From the NCBI GenBank assembly GCA_965219415.1, contig OZ244742.1, positions 128,001 through 192,000 on the forward strand: a DNA stretch of 64,000 nucleotides. Reading direction: 5' to 3'. The DNA comes from Candidatus Marinacidobacterales bacterium (GTDB lineage Bacteria > Acidobacteriota > Vicinamibacteria > Marinacidobacterales > DATDRI01). The translations under genes were made by a program, and so were the position numbers. Positions 57,757-64,000 of this stretch are shown here, piece after piece. The notes beneath the pieces are model-generated. The model searched no databases. It had not been told where the DNA came from and worked only from the letters and a program-made list of their open reading frames with translations. How positions within the stretch are numbered: position 1 is the stretch's first letter; each line of letters opens with the position of its first letter.

Positions 57757-58860
57757 TCACGCGTCGCGCTTCCTCGCGGGCAAAGTCACCGTTACCGCCG
57801 TACTCTTCCCGAGTTCGCTCTGGATCTCGATCTCCCCTTTGTGTTCCTGAACGGTCTTGTACGCGGTGGGCAGGCCGAACCCCATCTTTATACGGGCCTC
57901 CGCGGCGTTGAACCCAAAGTCGAAGATGCGCGCCAAGCGTTCCGGCGGGATGCCCTTGCCGGTGTCGCGAATCTGAATTGTCACGCTGCCCTCGTGCGAA
58001 GTCGTGAAAATTTCGATTTCGCCCTCTCCCTCAATCGACTGGGCAGCGTTCTTTAGCAAGCTCAAGAAAACCTAATTCAACTGACCCGGTGAACCATAGA
58101 TTGGTGAAGTGTCCCCGCGCCGCATTGTCACAGTGATCTTGTCTCCGATTTGGGGCGTCATCAGCGTGAGAGTGCTCTCGATGCCTTCTTGGATGTCGAA
58201 GACCTGGTACCCCGCCTCGTCGAGCCGGGCGAAGCTGCGGAGGCTGTTGACGATGTTGGTGACTCGGCGGGTGCCAGTACGGATGACTTCGTTGGCACCG
58301 GCCATCGTCTCGAAGGCGGTTTGGACCCCTCGATCGGTGCTGTACTCACGGGAGCCTTCCAGGGCCTTACCTAGTTTGCCGACCGCCCGTATCAGAGTGT
58401 CGTGCATGCTAGTGATGGCCCCTAGCGGCGTATTCATCTCGTGAACAACGTCGGCGACCAGGCTACCCAGAGAGGTCATTTTCTCTTGCATCACTAGCTG
58501 GTTCTGCGTGTCCCGGAGTTGCCGTAGAGCCTTTTCGAGCGTTCGGTTTTGCTCCTCTTGTTTCACGATCAGGTAGAGCGTCAAGCCAAATACGATCGTG
58601 GAGATCACCGCGATGTTGAGGACGAACAACAAAGTGTTTGCCCCAGGCGATATGTCCAATTCGAACCCCTTCACTCGACTGTCCATCAGGCCACTGAACA
58701 CGGTCAGGAGTAGATAAGTCGCCAGCCACTTCACGCTCAATTTGGCGTCCTGAAACGTGAGCGAGCCGATCAGGGCCAGCATGGACCAAAGCATCACGGC
58801 TCCGGAGGGGACGAAACCGCCAAGGACCCACTGGAACAGAAAGGGCAGGAGCAGAAGGCA
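57757..58860 (-). pseudogene. Membrane sensor histidine kinase, 5'-truncated, with in-frame TAG
   Basis: VVHEMNTPLG, LLKNAAQSI, IRDTGKGI, GFGL; TAG at 58072 within LN*VFL. Confidence 0.85.
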
Positions 58861-59091
58861 CCAGTGCGCGGATCATCTCGACCTTCGAGTCCACCTCGAG
58901 CTCCCCGTATCCCTCTTGCTCCATGACCTCTACTTCACCTAGACGACGCGTCTTCTTGCGTTCCTTGACCCTTCGTAGCAGACTTCCCATATCGGCTCCT
59001 TTCTTGAGCGGCTTGATTTCGCTTTTGACAACGTCATCAAACCACCCGAGAGGGGGCCGTTTCAAATTTCAACTAAGAGTGACACACATTC
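58857..59091 (-). mobile_element. 5' fragment of an IS256 type B relative
   Basis: End GAATGTGTGTCACTCTTAGTTG and MGSLLRRVKERKKTRRLGEVEV, homologous to the 47888 element. Confidence 0.85.
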
Positions 59092-59180
59092 GATCGTCTT
59101 GTCAGGTCTTGCCAGCTGGTGCTGGACAACAACGGAGGCGATTATATCCGTCGGTACTTGGAGAAACGACCCCGTGGATA

Positions 59181-60582
59181 GAGATATTGTCAAGAGTTGT
59201 GGATCAACTTTTCTGAGTCAGGCGGCGTTCCACGCTTCTTCGTTTAGTCCGTCGACGAATTTCTCTCCCAGAATAAGACGAGCTACGAGTCCCGGCGCGT
59301 TGACGCGACGCCAGCGGTGGCTTGCCATGTCGAGTAGCTTGTAAGCCATGAGAAGGGCTTTCGATCGAGACCCAGCGCCTTTGGTACTCGCTGCCGGAGT
59401 CGAACGGTGGCGAACGCCGACTCGATGGGGTTCGCGGTTCGAATGTGCTCCCAGTGCTGGGCGGGGAAACCATAGAAGGTGAGCAGCTCGTCCTGATGGT
59501 TGGTCAAAGACGCCACGGCCTTGGGATACTTGGCTCCGAAGTCGGATTCGAACCCCTCGACCGCTTCTTCGGCTTGCTCCTTGGTCTCAGCCTTCACGAT
59601 CTCGTTCAGAGCGCTCTTCGCGCGGCCGTGAAGACGCTTCGGCAACTTGTCCAGGACGTTCTTCAGCTTGTGAACCCAACACAACTGGTGGCGCGTTTCC
59701 GGCCATACGTTTCGAACGGCGGCCCAGAACCCCAAGGCTCCATCTCCGATCGACAAAAGAGGGGCCTTCATCCCGCAGCGTTCAAGGCCCCTGAGTACGT
59801 ACGACCAGCTTTCCTCGCTCTCTCGGTACCCGTCCTCAACCGCAAGCAACTCTTTCGTCCCATCGGCCCGAACCCCAAGAATGACAAGGGTGCACAGCCG
59901 ATCGTCTTCAAGCCGGACATTGAAATGGATGCCGTCGACCCAGATGTAGGCGTAGTCCTCTTTTGCTCAGGTCCCGCTTTCGAAACTCGTCGTATTCCGA
60001 CTGCCATTTCGCTGTCAGCCTCGTGATGGCTGTCGACGACAGACCCGACGCGTCTTCGCCCAGGAGCTCTTTCAGCGCAGGCCCGAAATCGTTCGTCGAC
60101 AAACCGCGAAGATACAGCAACGGCAATACCTCGCTCACCTTCGGAGATCGACGCATGTACGGTGGCAAGATATCGCTCGTGAATCGTTCCCGTTCTCCAT
60201 CCTCCACACGTTTGTCATTCACTCGCGGTGCTTGCACTTCCACGGTTCCGCACCCCATCGTTACCTTGCGGGCTCGAGCTCGACCGTTGCGCACAAGCAC
60301 GGCGTGACCGTCCTCGTCCCGTTCCTGGACATGACGTTCCACATAGTCCGAGACTTCCTCCTCCAGCGCCGTCTTCAGCATCCGACGTGCTCCCTCTCGT
60401 GCGAGTTCCGTCCAGTGTCTTTCCAACTTCTTCCTGTTTCGTTTCCTTCGGCGGATCTTGTATCCTCAGCATCGGTGGCGTTTCCTTCCTCCGGTTCGCG
60501 AAAACCGGCTTTTTGTTGCGACTTCGTGGAAGGATACGCCGCCTTTCTCAGCTAAGCGATCCACAACTTCAGGTTATAACTC
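59181..60582 (-). mobile_element. IS256-family element, diverged type C, frameshifted
   Basis: Same TIR type; transposase from 60472 in pieces; flanks CCGTGGATA / CGTTGGATA. Confidence 0.9.
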
Positions 60583-60601
60583 CGTTGGATAAGGCGGCCG
60601 A

Positions 60602-60740
60602 TGTCGCTTTCTCTTACAATTTTCGTTCTTGGGAGACTTTTCTAGCTCGCGCAGCGGATCTTCGCTATTTTTGCGGCTTTCTGAACTCTGCTCAGCGCAA
60701 CGGCCGACGCTCCCGTGGGAGAACGTCGGCAACTCTTACG
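60602..60740. promoter_or_regulatory. Two enhancer-like sites for a sigma54 activator (PrsR-type)
   Basis: TGT-N11-ACA TGTCGCTTTCTCTTACA at 60602..60618 and CGTCGGCAACTCTTACG at 60724..60740. Confidence 0.6.
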
Positions 60741-60805
60741 ATTGTGAAGGTCGAGCGTGGGCGGCACTGGCGTGTAACAGATTGAGCTTGTGCGGGTTAG
60801 TAGAT

Positions 60806-60821
60806 TGGCCCGGCGATTGCT
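60806..60821 (+). promoter_or_regulatory. Sigma54 -24/-12 promoter
   Basis: TGGCCCGGCGATTGCT with correct GG-N10-GC spacing, 40 bp before the ATG. Confidence 0.8.
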
Positions 60822-60860
60822 TACATCAGCTGTGAATCATATTAAAGGGGGACTCAACAC

Positions 60861-61043
60861 ATGTATGCGAGATTCCTGCGAACTGCATGGAAGGGCATCG
60901 GAGCATTGGCGGCTCTAGGCTTTCTAGCCACACCCGCGTGGGCCAGTAGCATACACCGGGTACCGGAGCCTAGCTTAACGGCGCTGCTCGCCGGTGGGCT
61001 AGCTGCCGCGGCACTGATCGCTAGACTTTCGCGCCGCAAGTAG
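60861..61043 (+). CDS. Minimal PEP-CTERM protein (60 aa)
   Basis: AAAGGGGGA RBS; signal peptide ending AWA, SSIHR, VPEP, hydrophobic helix, RLSRRK tail. Confidence 0.85.
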   Translation: MYARFLRTAWKGIGALAALGFLATPAWASSIHRVPEPSLTALLAGGLAAAALIARLSRRK

Positions 61044-61105
61044 CTCGGCTAGCCTCGAACCCGGTCCCAGAGTACGGGGCGAGAAGGCGCGCTTGAGATC
61101 ATCGA

Positions 61106-61944
61106 GTGGCTGATTTTCTCCTCACTCGTACAGGGTCCATTTATGCCGGCGCTTACTTTGGCGCGGTCTTCCTCATGGCGATCTGGGAGGCCGTGGCGCC
61201 TCGGCGTTCGTCGACCGCCCCGCTTGGCAAGCGCTGGCGCACTAACATCTCGCTGGCCTTGATCGACTCTGCGCTCATGCGCTGGGTCTCACCCATCACC
61301 GCTATCACCGCCGCAGTGATCGTCTCTGAGCGTGGATGGGGGCTCTTCAACGGAATGGCGGTGCCTTATTGGCTCGCCTTCACTTGTTCTCTGCTTTTCC
61401 TTGACCTCGCTGGGTTCGGTCAGCATTTTCTGCTTCACAACATTCCCGCCTCTGTGGCGCGCCCACCGAACGCATCACGCAGATCTAGACGGCGACTTCT
61501 CGACCGGTGTACGGTTTCACCCCTTCGAAGCTCTCCTCACCATAACGATGAACCTCGCGGTGATCATTGGCCATCGGTGTACCGGTGCTTGCCGTTTTCG
61601 CCTACGAGACCCTCGTTGCGGCGTCGACCTTTGTAGTGCATGGCAACGTGCGCTATCCGCTAGGGATTGACCGTATCCTTCGACTCGTCATGGTGACGCC
61701 CGAGATGCATCGTGTTCACCATTCGATTCTGTTGCGCGAGTCGAACAGGAACTTCGGAATTTTGCTGTCCTGCTGGGACCACTTCTTCGGAACTCATCTA
61801 GACCAGCCAGCGGGCGGTCATGAAGCCATGACCCTAGGAGTGCCGGAGCGAAGAGACCCAAAGTACCTGTCGCTTCATTGGGTACTGGCCGATCCCTTCC
61901 TGGCCGACACCCCGCAAGCCCCGGAACCGACGCGGTCGGAATAG
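61106..61944 (+). CDS. Sterol desaturase / fatty acid hydroxylase family protein, two frameshifts
   Basis: His boxes QHFLLH, HRTHHAD, RFHPFE, VHGN, HRVHHS, NFG...WD. Confidence 0.87.
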
Positions 61945-62327
61945 GAACTATTCAGCCGAAGTGAGGCTGTCGGCGCTATGCCTTCCGCTCGGCGGGATCG
62001 TCGAGCTTCACAACTTCTTCCCCACGCAGAGCGGATTTTCGAACGGAGTTTTTGCCTCGCCTCGCGCTCGGCGAGGGTCAAGAAACTGTAGGACGTCTTA
62101 GTCAGCTTTTGAAGGAACGAAATCTCGAGATGGCTCAGGTAGAGTTCCACACCGTCTTTCTGGCCCCCGGGCAGGGTGATATCGGAGAACTTGCGTCCGA
62201 ATGACTGGCGTGTCTTCTGCTCTTTATCCGTAATGAAATGGTACTCGGCCTTCAGCAACTTCTGAATGAAGGCCAATTCCAGATATGTGAGGCTGAGACA
62301 CGCTCGCCTGCTATTCGAGGCGGCCAT
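61875..62327 (-). CDS. Hypothetical protein with internal duplication
   Basis: LSLTYLELAFIQKLLKAEYHFITDKEQKTRQSFGRKF vs LYLSHLEISFLQKLTKTSYSFLTLAEREARQKLRSKI. Confidence 0.55.
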   Translation of the reverse strand: MAASNSRRACLSLTYLELAFIQKLLKAEYHFITDKEQKTRQSFGRKFSDITLPGGQKDGVELYLSHLEISFLQKLTKTSYSFLTLAEREARQKLRSKIRSAWGRSCEARRSRRAEGIAPTASLRLNSSYSDRVGSGACGVSARKGSASTQ

Positions 62328-62404
62328 GGGTAAGTCTTCCTTTGCTGGCTTTGGTCCTTAGCTGTTCAAGCTTGATTGTCTTCAGCGGCGCACCGACGAG
62401 ACAG

Positions 62405-63443
62405 TCAAGTACCGATCTTGTAATTGTTCTGGTCGTCCGGCGTCGGCAAATACGAGCGGAACATGTCGGTGGCACGTTTGTAGACCTCGGCCTCGGACGT
62501 GCCCCAAATGATGAAAGGCTCGTGCGGGTTGGGGTGCGTGACATCGACTAGGGCGAAACGCTCTCCGACTCGCGCTAGGTTCCAAGCATGGCGTCCGCTG
62601 AAAACGTAAAACTTCAGGTCCCCTTTGACGAGACGGGATTCTATCCCTGCCTCTTGCAAATAGAGCTGATAGAAAATCGACAAGTGCCGGCAGACCCCCA
62701 GCCCCATGTCCAGGTATTTCGACAGTGGCAATGCTCCGATCGCCGTACTCGTGGAGAAGCTTGTCCACGCCGCGTTCGTTGAACTTGATGTCCCGACGTA
62801 CCGCGCGGTAGTACTGAGCCAAAAGATCCTCGAGCGCTCCCGTGGTCACCATGCGACGCTTGCAAGCCACCAGGCGACCGCGCACGTGTTCCTTGTCGAC
62901 CTTGATCTTCTCGCGTCCATTGCGTTCCGTCACGGAGGAGAGCGATCCCATGTCGGTATACCCGTTCATTAGATACTCCGGGATACCTTGGTGGACCCGA
63001 CCGGCGGGTCCGGTCCGACTCTGTCGGTCCATGAGGATCTCCAGATCCACGGCCGCCCGCACGTAGCGCTCTTTTCTCCCCGGCTCCGCGATTCGGCCGA
63101 TCGCCCGGTTCATGGCGCGGATGCAACTGACAGGCTTCATTTTCCAGCTCGCAGAGAACTCGGTCAGCTCGGTGTGCTCCAGCTCGTAAGCGATGTGTTT
63201 TCCACTCGCGGGGTCCTCGTAGTAGGACCGATCCAAATAGTCGTCGTCCCCGAGGGCCACCGAGCGGGCGAGCGAAGACTGCTGGGCGGTCAGCCGATCC
63301 AAGAGTCGCCGGGTGCTCCTAGGGCCATGGTGCTTGAGGAACGGCGAGCGGTAAGTCCCCGCCTCTTTACCTTCAGCGGCGAGATCGGCGCCAAGGATAG
63401 TACTCCCCTCGGCGCGGGCGAGCCCGCGAAGTCCAAATCTCAT
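62405..63443 (-). CDS. Transglutaminase/EDR1-like cysteine protease-fold protein, frameshift near 62730
   Basis: GVCRH, SRLVKG, HAWN, LVD (Cys-His-Asp triad). Confidence 0.7.
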
Positions 63444-63490
63444 AAGAACCTGTTTAGTTGTAGGTTCGGGAGGCCCAGGCTGTCAAAGAC

Positions 63491-64000
63491 TCAGCTGTAC
63501 CGCAGGATAGATTGGACGTCGTAGTCGGTGAGCTTCTCTCGTCCCTTGAGGAAATCCAGCTCCACCAGGAAAGTCAGAGCCTCGACCTTCCCTCCGACCT
63601 TTTCCACCAGCTCTGCCACGGCGCGAGCGGTACCCCCTGTGGCCAGGACGTCATCGACAATGACCACTCGCTGCCCCGCCTGGATCGCGTCCGAATGCAT
63701 CTCCAGGGAGTCCGTCCCGTACTCCAGCTGGTAGGTCACCTGGACCGTGTCGGCGGGTAGCTTTCCGGGCTTCCTCACCGGGATGAGGCCCTTCCCGAGC
63801 TTGTAGGCCAGACCCGATGCGAAGATGAACCCGCGGCTCTCGATGCCCACCAACGCGTCGTAGGTCTTGTTATCGAGAGCCGACGATAGCAGATCGATGG
63901 AACGCCCGAACGCACTGGGGTCCCTCAGGAGCGTGGTGATGTCCTTGAAGACGACTCCCTTTTTGGGAAAGTCGGGAATGTCACGAATAACTTGCCGCAG
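63491..64000 (-). CDS. apt: Adenine phosphoribosyltransferase (start lies outside the window)
   Basis: IRDIPDFPKKGVVFKDITTLL, GIESRGFIF, VRKPGKLP, YQLEYG, VDDVLATGGT. Confidence 0.97.
   Translation of the reverse strand: MRQVIRDIPDFPKKGVVFKDITTLLRDPSAFGRSIDLLSSALDNKTYDALVGIESRGFIFASGLAYKLGKGLIPVRKPGKLPADTVQVTYQLEYGTDSLEMHSDAIQAGQRVVIVDDVLATGGTARAVAELVEKVGGKVEALTFLVELDFLKGREKLTDYDVQSILRYS

Overview
GC-rich bacterial DNA, most likely Acidobacteriota. This is inferred from an acidobacterial-type VWA C-terminus, PD40/TPR Ser/Thr kinase genes and PEP-CTERM genes. Many genes carry single-base frameshifts, probably long-read assembly errors in many cases. Bases 1-41 kb hold mostly metabolic and envelope genes: a MarR-ArsM-ArsN2 arsenic operon, SppA, amidohydrolases, a multicopper oxidase, M16 peptidases, PLP enzymes and a PrpE-MetE-like-sulfatase cluster, interrupted by IS256 and ISL3 insertions and deletion chimeras. 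Bases 41-61 kb form an IS-riddled hotspot around tRNA-Arg(CCT). Main leads: (1) an IS110 inserted into the A-run frameshift site of an IS3, whose non-coding end carries a poly-A candidate target guide and a donor guide matching its own end; (2) tandem integrase islands that duplicate the 5' (not 3') half of tRNA-Arg; (3) a sigma54/enhancer-preceded, nearly passenger-less 60-aa PEP-CTERM gene; (4) a DUF222-like/HNH gene bracketed by degenerate ~60-bp inverted repeats and carrying two 18-bp palindromes.
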